64,000 bases of DNA, from positions 714,318-778,317 of the forward strand of contig OZ240232.1 in the NCBI GenBank assembly GCA_965197895.1, read 5' to 3'. The notes below the pieces were generated by a model. That model made no database searches, was not told the origin of the DNA, and saw only the letters and a list, made by a program, of their open reading frames with translations. Below, piece by piece: positions 18,772-27,951 of the stretch. Origin of the DNA: Candidatus Versatilivoraceae bacterium. Its GTDB lineage: Bacteria > Acidobacteriota > Terriglobia > Versatilivoradales > Versatilivoraceae. Within the stretch, counting starts at the first letter, position 1; the number at the start of each line of letters is the position of its first letter. The translations under genes were made by a program, and so were the position numbers.

Positions 18772-19791
18772 ATGGTCGTTCTCCCGGATTCATCCAAGAT
18801 TCTGATCATACGGTATGGCCGATTGGGGGACGTCGTACTCCTGATTCCAGCCGTGCGGGCTCTGCGCCAAAGGTTTCCTTCCGCTCACATCTCGGCTCTG
18901 GTGGATCAGCGATATTCCCCGGTTCTGGAGATGTGTTCCGCCATTGACGCCGTTGTCCCCGTGGACCGCATCGGAATGCGGGATAGTCCTTGGTGGTCAG
19001 GAACTCGAAGCGCTTTTCAATTGGCCGAAGGACTGCGAAGAGCTGAATATGACCTGGTGCTCGATTTTCACGGTTTTCGGGAAACCAACTTGCTGGCCTG
19101 GTACAGTCGGGCCCGTTGGAGGATTGGTCTCAAGAGGACAGAGCCTTCCTACCTGCCCTTCTGCTTTAACTTGGAGCCTGTCGTGGAGAACCAGAACCTG
19201 CATGTGGCCGAGCGGTTTCAATCACTGCTGGAACCCCTAGGGGTCGTCCCGGGGACGCAGGACATCTCTCTTGAGCTTCCCTCCGAGACCACAAGCAAAG
19301 CGGAGGCGTTCCTGCGGGAAGAACAGTTGGCCGGATGTACCGCCCTGATTGGAATGAACCTGGGGGCCAGCGCTGTCGACAAAATGTGGCCGGCTGCAAG
19401 CTTTGCGGCTCTTGCCGACAAACTTGCCCGGCGGTTCGATGTGGGAGTCCTCTTTCTTTGCGGACCCGAAGAAGAAGATCTTCTCAGGCAAGCCGAATCA
19501 GCTCTGGAGACCCATCGTTACGCTCTGGTGGGTCAGCTCGGATTGAAGGACTTGGCGGCGGTGGTCAGCCGGTGTGATTTGCTGGTGAGCAACGACTCCG
19601 GACCGATGCACTTTGGCCCTGCTTTGGGAGTCCCCACCCTGGGTTTGTTTAGTTTGAGCTCTCCCTTGCATTACCGGCCCTTGGGTGAGCACAGCCGTTT
19701 TTTGAGGAAGGTTCCGGTCGGAGAAATCCGGGTGGAGGAAGTCTTTGAGCAGGTCGTGGAAATGATGGGTCTAGTGACCGGTGGCCGGTGA
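18772..19791 (+). CDS. glycosyltransferase family 9 (ADP-heptose:LPS heptosyltransferase-like)
   Basis: KILIIRYGRLGDVVLLIPAVRALRQRFP N-terminus and C-terminal DSGPMHFGPALGVPTLGLF motif typical of GT9. Start chosen at ATG 18772. The last codons (GLVTGGR) are encoded by the first units of the heptamer array. Confidence 0.75.
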   Translation: MVVLPDSSKILIIRYGRLGDVVLLIPAVRALRQRFPSAHISALVDQRYSPVLEMCSAIDAVVPVDRIGMRDSPWWSGTRSAFQLAEGLRRAEYDLVLDFHGFRETNLLAWYSRARWRIGLKRTEPSYLPFCFNLEPVVENQNLHVAERFQSLLEPLGVVPGTQDISLELPSETTSKAEAFLREEQLAGCTALIGMNLGASAVDKMWPAASFAALADKLARRFDVGVLFLCGPEEEDLLRQAESALETHRYALVGQLGLKDLAAVVSRCDLLVSNDSGPMHFGPALGVPTLGLFSLSSPLHYRPLGEHSRFLRKVPVGEIRVEEVFEQVVEMMGLVTGGR

Positions 19792-19927
19792 CCGGTGGCC
19801 AGTGACCGGTGGCCAGTGACCGGTGGCCGGTGACCGGTGGTCAGTGACCGGTGACCAGTGACCGGTGACCAGTGACCGGTGGCCAGTGACCGGTGGCCAG
19901 TGGCCGGTGACCGGCGGCCGGTGGTCA
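19774..19927. repeat. tandem array of ~11 units of 14-bp GTGACCGGTGGCCA (alternating 7-mers GTGACCG/GTGGCCA)
   Basis: Read directly: gtgaccggtggccg gtgaccggtggcca ... with minor unit variants. Ends at ggtggtcAGATCTgtaagg immediately upstream of the four-helix-bundle gene. Confidence 0.9.
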
Positions 19928-19943
19928 GATCTGTAAGGGTTAG

Positions 19944-20333
19944 TTGCGAATGATGAATCCGTTAAAGAGCTATCAGGACTTGGAGGTCTGGAAGAAATCA
20001 ATCGAGCTAGCGGAGAGCGTCTATCAAATCTCTACTCGGTTTCCGCCGGAGGAGAGGTTCGGCGTGACCAGCCAAGTGCGGCGGACAGCAGTGTCGGTAG
20101 CGGCGAACATCGCGGAGGGAGCGGAACGTCACGGGACCGGAGAGTTTCTTCAATTTCTGGGAATCGCTAGCGGGTCGCTAGCGGAGTTGGAGACTATCTT
20201 GATTCTGGTGCATCGACTGCAGATGGTCACCTCCGAGCAGGCTGCCAGGCTGTTGGAACAAGCGGCGGAGGTTGGACGCCTGCTTAACGGCCTCAAGCGT
20301 TCACTGCGATCTAGAATGCGATCTAAAAACTGA
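19944..20333 (+). CDS. four-helix-bundle protein (TIGR02436 / 23S rRNA-intervening-sequence-protein family), copy 1
   Basis: 129 aa: SYQDLEVWKKSIELAESVYQISTRFPPEERFGVTSQVRRTAVSVAANIAEGAERHGTGEFLQFLGIASGSLAELETIL. This is the family consensus (xYxDLxVWQKA ... FxLTSQxRRAAVSIPSNIAEG ... FLxIAxGSLxELxT). Confidence 0.8.
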   Translation: MRMMNPLKSYQDLEVWKKSIELAESVYQISTRFPPEERFGVTSQVRRTAVSVAANIAEGAERHGTGEFLQFLGIASGSLAELETILILVHRLQMVTSEQAARLLEQAAEVGRLLNGLKRSLRSRMRSKN

Positions 20334-20350
20334 ATGGAGAGGACTTCCCC

Positions 20351-20418
20351 AGCCACCAGCCAGTGACCGGTGGCCAGTGACCGGTGGCCAGTGGCCGGTG
20401 ACCGGTGGCCGGTGGTCA
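20351..20418. repeat. second, shorter copy of the GTGACCG/GTGGCCA heptamer array
   Basis: cagccaccagcca gtgaccggtggcca gtgaccggtggcca gtggccggtgaccggtggccggtggtcagatct; part of the 491-bp duplication unit. Confidence 0.85.
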
Positions 20419-20434
20419 GATCTGTAAGGGTTAG

Positions 20435-20824
20435 TTGCGAATGATGAATCCGTTAAAGAGCTATCAGGACTTGGAGGTCTGGAAGAAATCAATCGAGCTA
20501 GCCGAGAGCGTCTATCAAATCTCTACTCGGTTTCCGCCGGAGGAGAGGTTCGGCGTGACCAGCCAAGTGCGGCGGACAGCCGTGTCGGTAGCGGCGAACA
20601 TCGCGGAGGGAGCGGAACGTCACGGGACCGGAGAGTTTCTTCAATTTCTGGGAATCGCTAGCGGGTCGCTAGCGGAGTTGGAGACTATCTTGATTCTGGT
20701 GCATCGACTGCAGATGGTCACCTCCGAGCAGGCTGCCAGGCTGTTGGAACAAGCGGCGGAGGTTGGACGCCTGCTTAACGGCCTCAAGCGTTCACTGCGA
20801 TCTAGAATGCGATCTAAAAACTGA
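20435..20824 (+). CDS. four-helix-bundle protein (TIGR02436 family), copy 2 (protein identical to copy 1)
   Basis: Nucleotide sequence differs from copy 1 at only two synonymous third-codon positions (gcg/gcc, gca/gcc); protein 100% identical. Confidence 0.8.
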   Translation: MRMMNPLKSYQDLEVWKKSIELAESVYQISTRFPPEERFGVTSQVRRTAVSVAANIAEGAERHGTGEFLQFLGIASGSLAELETILILVHRLQMVTSEQAARLLEQAAEVGRLLNGLKRSLRSRMRSKN

Positions 20825-20840
20825 ATGGAGAGGACTTCCC

Positions 20841-20946
20841 CAGCCACCAGCCACCGACCACCGACCACCGACCACCGACCACCGACCACCGACCACCGAC
20901 CACCGACCACCAGCCACCGACCACCGGCCACCGACCACCGGCCACT
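20841..20946. repeat. tandem array of 7-bp CACCGAC (CCACCGA) units, ~13 copies
   Basis: cagccaccagccaccgaccaccgaccaccgacc...; lies between 4HB copy 2 and the stop of the convergent cytochrome b/c gene. Confidence 0.9.
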
Positions 20947-20953
20947 GCAAAAG

Positions 20954-22603
20954 CTACTGGCGAGGATCCAGCGGGAGAGATTCCATGTAGGCGACGATGG
21001 CATTCATCTCGTCTTCAGGGAAATCGTAGGCCGGCATGATGCTCTGACGATCAAATTTCTGAGGATTACGGAAATGAGCGACCAGCCATTCTGCTGTTCT
21101 GCGCTGGCCGACGCCGTTGAGAGGGGGACCTGATTCCACTCCACTTCCGTTGACGATGTGGCAGGAGCCGCATTGGTTCTCCTGGTAAATCAGGGCACCT
21201 CGCATGGCGTAATCGGGGACCGCTTGCAGGGTCCCGGCGTTCTCCGGAGTGAGTTTCAGCAAGAAGGCGGTCAGGCAGTTCAGTTCTTCGTCGGGAATGG
21301 TCATGGCCGGCATGGGACTGCCGGGAACGACTTCGGAAGGATTTTTGAAGTGCTCGATGAGCCATTCGGTTGACTTTCGCTGTGCTACGTTGGCCAGCGT
21401 CGGTCCCATCTTGGGTTCACCCTCACCCAGATTGTGACAACTCGCACAATTTTCCCTACGATAGTAGGCTCTCCCGGCCATTTCCACCGGCGTGAGTTGT
21501 CTCCAGTCTGCCGTAGCCGGCAGCGTCTCCCGAGCGGGCTCCACCGGCTCGGGTGTGGTCATGACCGCTCCCACAGTCAAGCCCAGCCAGCCGGCCACAG
21601 CCAGACCGACCACGGCGAAGGCCGCCGTCCGCTGCTGGATTCGCTTGACCCTGCCGCGATCGAGAAAAGGAACGGCCATTAAGGCGATGATGGCCAGTGT
21701 GGGGAGAATGACGGCCCCGACCACTTCCCACGAACCCTCGAAGAACTTGAGCATCTGGAAGAGAAAGAGGAAGTACCATTCCGGCCGGGGGACATAGGTG
21801 CTGTCACTGGGATCGGCCAGACGCTCCAGGGGCACGTCCACGGCGGCGGCCAGGATAAACAGAACAATAAAGACGGCGAAAAAGGCCATCAAATCCTTGA
21901 AGGCTTGACCGGGATAGAATTTCTTCTTGGGTTTACCCACCGCTTTGGGGTCGGGAGTGACTCCATGCTTGCGAACCAGGTAGACGTGGAGCATCATCAT
22001 CAGCACCGTCAAGCCCGGCAGCATCAAGACATGAAGGGTATAAAAGCGAGTGAAGGTCGCCACACCGACGCCGTCGGAACCGCCAAGAAAATCAAGGACA
22101 TAGTCCCCGACCAGCGGAGCGAGGCCGGCAATCTGGACCGTTACCACCGTAGCCCAATAGGCCCGGTTATCCCAGGGGAGCAGGTAACCGGTCAATCCGA
22201 AGGCCAGCACCAACAGCAGCAGCAAAACCCCCAAAATCCAGGTGGCCTCCCGCGGCTTCTTGTAGGCTCCCCACAAGCCCACCTGAATCATGTGCAGCCC
22301 GACCACCACCACCATGAGGGTGGACCCCCAATGGTGGAGCCCCCGGATCAGACGTCCGCCAGTGATCTGGGTGACAATGTACTGGAGACTGTAATAGGCG
22401 TCGCCCGGTTGCGGGGCATAGTTGAAGGCCAGCAGAGTGCCGGTAAAGGCTTGCACAAAGAAGAGGAAAACGGCAACGCTGCCAAAGACCTGGTGCCAAC
22501 CACTCGAGGCCGGGATGTCTTCATAGAGGAAGTTCTTGACAGCCGTTTCGAATCCGGTGCGATGATCCGCCCAATTCAGGATTCTTCGAAGCAGATCCCT
22601 CAT
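20954..22603 (-). CDS. cytochrome b (bc-complex type) fused to C-terminal di-haem cytochrome c
   Basis: 549 aa; 8+ TM helices with conserved His pairs of cytochrome b. C-terminal CASCH and CGSCH haem c motifs. ATGA overlap with the upstream Rieske gene. Confidence 0.8.
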   Translation of the reverse strand: MRDLLRRILNWADHRTGFETAVKNFLYEDIPASSGWHQVFGSVAVFLFFVQAFTGTLLAFNYAPQPGDAYYSLQYIVTQITGGRLIRGLHHWGSTLMVVVVGLHMIQVGLWGAYKKPREATWILGVLLLLLVLAFGLTGYLLPWDNRAYWATVVTVQIAGLAPLVGDYVLDFLGGSDGVGVATFTRFYTLHVLMLPGLTVLMMMLHVYLVRKHGVTPDPKAVGKPKKKFYPGQAFKDLMAFFAVFIVLFILAAAVDVPLERLADPSDSTYVPRPEWYFLFLFQMLKFFEGSWEVVGAVILPTLAIIALMAVPFLDRGRVKRIQQRTAAFAVVGLAVAGWLGLTVGAVMTTPEPVEPARETLPATADWRQLTPVEMAGRAYYRRENCASCHNLGEGEPKMGPTLANVAQRKSTEWLIEHFKNPSEVVPGSPMPAMTIPDEELNCLTAFLLKLTPENAGTLQAVPDYAMRGALIYQENQCGSCHIVNGSGVESGPPLNGVGQRRTAEWLVAHFRNPQKFDRQSIMPAYDFPEDEMNAIVAYMESLPLDPRQ

Positions 22604-23109
22604 GCGCCAGTACTCTCCGGGATGGGTTGAACCGGACCGAGCCAGAGGCGGGTTCCTTCAGTTCGAGTTTCCAATCGATCCAGGGGTCGAGGGGCGGGTC
22701 CTTCCAGAACCTCTCCGATGACAGAAAAGCCGGAGGTATGGCAGGGACAAACGAACCGATTCCTGGCCTTGTTCCAATGGTAGCCACATCCCAGGTGGGT
22801 GCATCGCGGAGAAAACGCGATCACCTCCTGCTCGGTCTTGACCACCCAAGCCGTGGCCCTGACCGTGGAGGTCTTCCAGCCGTCGATCCGCTTGCGTTGG
22901 AAAATCAGTTCTCGGGGTTTGTTCAAGGGGAGAACCGATATGTCTCCCGCGTCAGTCCACCCCTTTCGGTCGTTGCCCTTTCTCCGAGTTGGAAGGAACA
23001 GGTAGCCGATCGCCGGGACCGCCAGCGCGGCAGCGATCAAGCTGCTCACTCCGTATATCATCCGCTGATAAAAGGTTCTGCGCGAGGTCAAGCGTTGATC
23101 CTGATCCAT
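22600..23109 (-). CDS. Rieske [2Fe-2S] iron-sulfur protein with TAT-like signal
   Basis: Start at MDQDQRLTSRRTFYQ (ATG 23109). Rieske boxes CTHLGC and CPCHTS. The track ORF extends upstream without similarity. Confidence 0.8.
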   Translation of the reverse strand: MDQDQRLTSRRTFYQRMIYGVSSLIAAALAVPAIGYLFLPTRRKGNDRKGWTDAGDISVLPLNKPRELIFQRKRIDGWKTSTVRATAWVVKTEQEVIAFSPRCTHLGCGYHWNKARNRFVCPCHTSGFSVIGEVLEGPAPRPLDRLETRTEGTRLWLGPVQPIPESTGA

Positions 23110-23428
23110 GACTTGAGATCCCTTTGAGGTATCAAAACAGCGAAAGCGGCGAGCCGCCAAACCGCCGCCTATTATGCCAGACCTGAACGATTGATCAGAA
23201 GGACAAAAAAACTGGGCCCGGATGCTGCTTCCGCCATTGGCGGACTTGGAAGCGCCTTGCCGGTGGCTTGACGGCTGCGATGTCAGGATGATGTTGGTCG
23301 TCTCTCCGGTTACGGCCGCGGAATGAAGTTGCCGAACGGAAACGGACCAGTGAACCCGGCGCTGCGCCCTGCCCCAGGCACACAACTTTTTCCTTGACAC
23401 ACTCTCAAGCGCATGGCATAACCTGCGC

Positions 23429-24094
23429 ATGTACCAGCAGCACTGCATTCTCGAAACCCTGACCTCGGAGGCGGGAGCGGCGCGGGTGGCGGCCTTGATG
23501 TCGGCGGAGACCTTCCCCAGCCGCACGGCGGCCGGTCGCCGGGTCTGCGAGGCGTTCGGTTTTCGGGATGCCGGGGGTCGCCTGCAGCAGGCAGGCTGCG
23601 TGAAAGCGTTGCGGGTGCTGGAGGCGGCGGGCCGGATTGGGCTGCCGGAACCGCTCAACAGGGGCGGGGGGAGGCAGCCTCGGGATCTGGGGGAAGGGGT
23701 CCCAGCGGCGGAGGGGGTGCCGGAGCGGGTGGAGGCGGTGGAGGGACTGAGGCTGGTGCTGGTGAGGGAGCAGGGGGAGCGGCATCGGTGGAATGGGCTG
23801 ATGGCACGGGAGCATCCGCGAGGGGCGGTGCGGCATGCGGGGGCACAGTTGCGCTATCTGATCGTCTCGGCGCATGGGACTCTGGGAGGGATGGGCTTTG
23901 CGGCCTCGGCGCTGGCGCTGGCGGCGCGGGACCGGTGGATGGGCTGGGAGGAGGCGACTCGGAAGCGGCAGTTGCACCGGGTGGTGGGGATGAGCCGGTT
24001 CCTGATCCGGGAAGGGGTGGAGTGCCGCAACCTGGCCTCGAAGGCGCTGGGGATGGTGCTGGGCCGGTTGGGAGAGGACTTCCAGCAGCGCTAC
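23429..24094 (+). pseudogene. 5' part of the IS4-family transposase gene (DUF4338-like N-domain), interrupted by nested IS
   Basis: ...LRYLIVSAHGTLGGMGFAASALALAARDRWMGWEEATRKRQLHRVVGMSRFLIREG...FQQRY then the insertion. Continues in-frame at 26183 as RYRPVLVETFVD... Confidence 0.6.
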
Positions 24095-26178
24095 CCCATC
24101 TTTAACACAGGAACGGGCGATGGGGGGGATTTTACCCCCATTTTGGCCCAAAACCACCTGTAAGTTGTTGATTCTTCGTAGGAGAAGCTGAAGTAGTGCC
24201 ATAATCGTATGGGAGGGGCTTGACCCCCTCGCCCCCCTCTGTTAGGGTCCCTCCCATGTTCATCCGCCGCACCCAGACCCGCTCCACTCCCTCCGGTCAG
24301 ACCTACTTCACCCACCGCCTCGTCCGCTCCCATCGCCTCTCAGGCAAGGTCCGCCAGCAGACCCTGCTCAACCTCGGTCGCCACTTCTCCATCCCCCGCC
24401 ATGACTGGCCCCTGCTGTGCCGCCGTCTCGACCAGATCCTCAGCGGTCAGTTGCCCTTGATCCAGGAGGGTTCGGCCCCGTTGGAGGAGGAAGCCCAACG
24501 CATGGCCGAGCGCTTGCTCGAGGGGGAAGCCGACGTGACCGGCACCGCTGGGGAGGCCTCTTCAGAAGACCTGCAGACGGTGGCGGTGGATTCGGTGGAG
24601 GTGACCCGTCCGCGCAGCGTCGGGGTGGAGCAGGTGGGCTGCTGGGTGCTGGAGCAGTTGGGGTTGGTGGAGTTGCTGGCCGAGTTGGGTCTGAATGGAC
24701 CGCTGCGGGCGGCGGCGGTGGGGGCGATTGTGGGCCGTCTGGCCCGTCCCGGCTCGGAACGGGCCACCTGGGGCTGGCTCGGCCGGCGCAGCGGCTTGGG
24801 CGAGTTGCTGGACTTTGACTTCCAGACACTGAGCCTGATGCAGATGTATCGGGCTTCAGACGCCCTGATGAGACACCGCCAGGCCATCGAGGCCCACCTG
24901 TTCACCCGGGCCATGGGTCTGTTCGATCTCGAGCCGACCGTCACCCTGTTCGATCTGACCAACACCTTCTTTGAGGGGGCGGCCCGCCGTCAACCCAAGG
25001 CCCAGCGGGGGCACTCGAAGGAGAAGCGCAGTGACTGTCCCCTGCTGACCCTGGGGTTGGTGCTGGACGGGGCCGGGTTTGTGCGCCGCTCGCAGGTCTT
25101 TGCCGGCCGGGTGGATGAGCACCGCACCCTGGCCGGGATGCTGGGGGCGCTCGAGGCGCCCCAGGGGGCCCTGGTGGTGATGGATCGGGGGGTGGCGACC
25201 GAGGATCGCATCGGGTGGTTGAGGGAGGAAGGGTACCGCTATGTGGTGGCCAGCCGCCAAGGCTCCCGGCAGTTCGACCCCGAACTGGCCCTGACCTTGG
25301 AGACCGCTTCCAAGGCCAGGTTACAGCTCCACAAGGAGGTCTCAGAGGACGGGGGGGAAGTGCGTCTCTACTGCCGTTCCGAGGAGCGGGCTCACAAGGA
25401 ACGGGGTATTGTCGAGCGTTTCAGCCGGCGCTTCGAGCAGGGGCTCGCCCGAATCTCCGAGGGGCTCTCACGGCCGCGGGCTCACAAGGGCATCGAGAAG
25501 GTCCGGGAACGGATCGGGCGGCTGAAGGAGCAGAGTCGCGGCGTGGCTCAACACTACACCATCGAGGTCCTCACCGACGAGAGCGGCCGCAAGGCGACGG
25601 CCCTGACCTGGAAGCGTCAGCCCCGCCAGGGCTCGATGGTCACCCATCCGGGGGTCTACTGCCTGCGCAGCAACCAGACCGACTGGGACGAGGAGAGCCT
25701 GTGGCGCACCTACGCCACTCTCACCGACGTGGAAGCGGTGTTTCGCTCCCTGAAGTCCGAGCTGGGCCTGCGCCCCATCTATCATCACAAGCCGGTGCGC
25801 TCGGAAGGCCACCTGTTCCTGACCGTCATCGCCTATCAACTGGTGCAGGTCATCCGCAAACGCCTCAAGCAGCGGGGCGACTCCTCCAGTTGGACCACGC
25901 TGCGGCGCATCCTGGAAGGACAGCAGCGGGTCACGGTGACCTTCCGGCGTGGGGACGGGCGGACCTTGCACGTGCGCAAGGCCACGCGGGCAGAAACTGA
26001 TCAGAAGGCCATCTACGACGCCCTGGGCATCGATCCCGCTCCCGGAGGGGTCCGCAAGATGATCGTCTGATCCCCCCCATATCGCCGGTTTCAACGCGTT
26101 TGTAGTGCCACTTGCGCGTTTCTGCCTTCGTAACCTGTTGATAATAAGCGTGTACTCGGAAGCCGCGTTAAAGATGGG
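24095..26178 (+). mobile_element. IS1634-family insertion sequence nested inside the IS4 transposase gene
   Basis: Perfect 12-bp terminal IRs CCCATCTTTAAC (24095-24106) / GTTAAAGATGGG (26167-26178). Flanking CTAC on both sides (24091-24094 and 26179-26182) is consistent with a 4-bp target-site duplication (TSD). Removing the element restores the in-frame host ORF. Confidence 0.75.
24256..26070 (+). CDS. IS1634-family (IS4 superfamily) DDE transposase
   Basis: 604 aa; motif GHSKEKRSDCPLLTLGL matches the IS1634 GxSKDxRxD signature. DDE region VVMDRGVATEDRIGWLREEGYRYVVASRQ. Confidence 0.75.
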   Translation: MFIRRTQTRSTPSGQTYFTHRLVRSHRLSGKVRQQTLLNLGRHFSIPRHDWPLLCRRLDQILSGQLPLIQEGSAPLEEEAQRMAERLLEGEADVTGTAGEASSEDLQTVAVDSVEVTRPRSVGVEQVGCWVLEQLGLVELLAELGLNGPLRAAAVGAIVGRLARPGSERATWGWLGRRSGLGELLDFDFQTLSLMQMYRASDALMRHRQAIEAHLFTRAMGLFDLEPTVTLFDLTNTFFEGAARRQPKAQRGHSKEKRSDCPLLTLGLVLDGAGFVRRSQVFAGRVDEHRTLAGMLGALEAPQGALVVMDRGVATEDRIGWLREEGYRYVVASRQGSRQFDPELALTLETASKARLQLHKEVSEDGGEVRLYCRSEERAHKERGIVERFSRRFEQGLARISEGLSRPRAHKGIEKVRERIGRLKEQSRGVAQHYTIEVLTDESGRKATALTWKRQPRQGSMVTHPGVYCLRSNQTDWDEESLWRTYATLTDVEAVFRSLKSELGLRPIYHHKPVRSEGHLFLTVIAYQLVQVIRKRLKQRGDSSSWTTLRRILEGQQRVTVTFRRGDGRTLHVRKATRAETDQKAIYDALGIDPAPGGVRKMIV

Positions 26179-26182
26179 CTAC

Positions 26183-27865
26183 CGCTACCGGCCGGTGCTG
26201 GTGGAGACCTTCGTGGATGAGGCGAGCCATCGGGGCACGAGTCTGAAGGCGACCAACTGGATCCGGGTGGGGGAGACGGCGGGACGGGGCCGGTTTGCGG
26301 CGACCGATGGGAAGGTCGCGGTGAAGGCGATCTACCTGTATCCTCTGGTAGAGGACTGGCGGGAACAGTTGGGGATCCTGCCGCCGGAGCCGATCCGGGG
26401 GCTGGGATGCGGGGAGGGGCTGGACCGGGAGGAATGGGCGGAGAACGAGTTGGGGGGAGCGCGGCTGGGGGATGAGCGCTTGAGCCGGCGGCTGGTGCGG
26501 AGCGCTTCGGTGCAGGCGGGGGCGCCGATGGCGTCGTTTCCCTCGGCGGCCCAGTCGGACAAGGCGATGGTGATGGGCTACTACCGGATGATCGACCAGC
26601 CGGCGGACTCGGAGGTGACGCCGGACAATATCCTGGCGCCGCACCGGGCGCGGACGCTGAGGCGGATGCAGGGGAAGGAGGTGGTGCTGTGCCTGCAGGA
26701 CGGGACGGATCTGAACTTCGCCGAGCATGAGGGCTGCCAGGGGCTGGGACTGATCGGCAAGAACCAGAGCGGATCGGGGACGCTGGGGCTGCACATGCAC
26801 TCGACGCTGGTGGTGGATGGGGAGGGGGTGCCGCTGGGGGTGCCTCAGATCCAGTACGAGGCGCCGGAGGCAACGGGACAGAAGGGCAAGCCGGCGCCGG
26901 AGCGCAAGACCCAGCGCTGGGTGGAGGGTTTGCGAGAGTGTGCGAGGTTGGCCTCGGAACTGGAGGGGGTGCGACCGGTGTCGGTGATGGACCGGGAGGG
27001 GGACAGCTTCGAACTGTTTGTGGAGCAGCGCCGGTTGGGGACGGTGGATCTGCTGGTGCGGGCGCAGCACAACCGGCGGTTGGGCAGGAAACTGCCCAAG
27101 CTGTTCGAGCGGGTGCGGGCGGCGCGGGCGCAGGCGGGGATGGAGATCGAGGTGGGGCGCCGTTCGGCGCGGCGGGCAACCCGCCAGCAGAAGGCGAGGG
27201 AGAAGCGGGAGGGGCGCTTGGCCCGGGTCGGGTTGCGCTGGCGCACAGTGGAGCTGGCGCCGCCGAGCAACGGGGACTTCACCGAGGAGGCCCCGGTCCG
27301 TCTGAATCTGGTCCACGTGCGGGAGGAGAGCGCCCCCGACGGAGTCCGACCGTTGGAGTGGTTCCTGTTGACCACCGTGGGGGTGAGGTCGAGCCGGGAG
27401 GCGAAACAGGTGTTGGAGTGGTATCGCCTGCGCTGGCGCATCGAGGACTGGCACCGGGTGCTGAAGACGGGCTGCAAGGCGGAATACCTGGGGCACCAGA
27501 GCGGGGATCGGATCGAGCGGGCGGTGACGATCAAGGCGGTGATCGCCTGGCGTCTGATGGCGATGACCCTGCTGGGCCGGGAGAGGCCGGAACTGCCGGC
27601 CGAGGTGCTGTTCTCCGATATGGAGATCCTGGCCCTGAAGGACTTCGCTCAAGACCGGAGGCTGCGCCTGCCCGACACTCTCGGACCTACGGTGGTGACC
27701 CTGGCGATGCTGGGTGGATATCTCAACCGGAACAACGACCGGCCGCCCGGCCACCAGAAAATCTGGGAAGGGTACGTGCGCCTGGCGACCATGGCCCAGA
27801 CTTACGAAAGACTCATCAAGCTGAACCGGACCAGCAATCTATATGAGAGGCTGCGTCCCGGTTGA
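26183..27865 (+). pseudogene. 3' part of the interrupted IS4-family (Tn5-like) transposase gene
   Basis: Aligns with Tn5 Tnp: GARLGDERLSRRLVRSASVQA ~ AALGDPRRTARLVNVAAQLA; catalytic D (LQDGTDLNF), D (VMDREGDSFE), E in YRLRWRIEDWHRVLKTG (YREK signature). Confidence 0.65.
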
Positions 27866-27951
27866 ACTTGTGGGTAAAGGGCAGGCTGCGCCTGCTCGCG
27901 GAGAAAATTCCAAAAGAGAGGTTGGCGCCCGGACCGATTCGATTGTATTCT

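Larger units (their letters stand above)
23358..27892 (+). mobile_element. IS4-family insertion sequence (DUF4338 N-domain + Tn5-like DDE transposase) carrying a nested IS; approximate ends
   Basis: About 30-bp imperfect terminal IRs read directly: L ggcgctgcgccctgccccaggcacacaactt (23358-23388) vs the reverse complement of R aacttgtgggtaaagggcaggctgcgcc (27865-27892); the inner ...CACAAGTT resembles Tn5 end sequences. Transposase ORF is split at 24094/26183. Confidence 0.55.

Noticed and set aside
19774-20946. CRISPR array?
   Set aside because: Units are 7-14 bp, contiguous, without unique spacers; not CRISPR.
19771-20990. ORFs translating the heptamer arrays into PVTGHW / PPTTDHR peptide repeats (19771..20001-, 20301..20492-, 20763..20990+, 20825..21133+)
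   Set aside because: The 14/7-bp periodicity is not codon-based (phase shifts every unit), several frames translate equally well, and there are no start or RBS contexts; these are DNA-level repeats, not collagen-like proteins.
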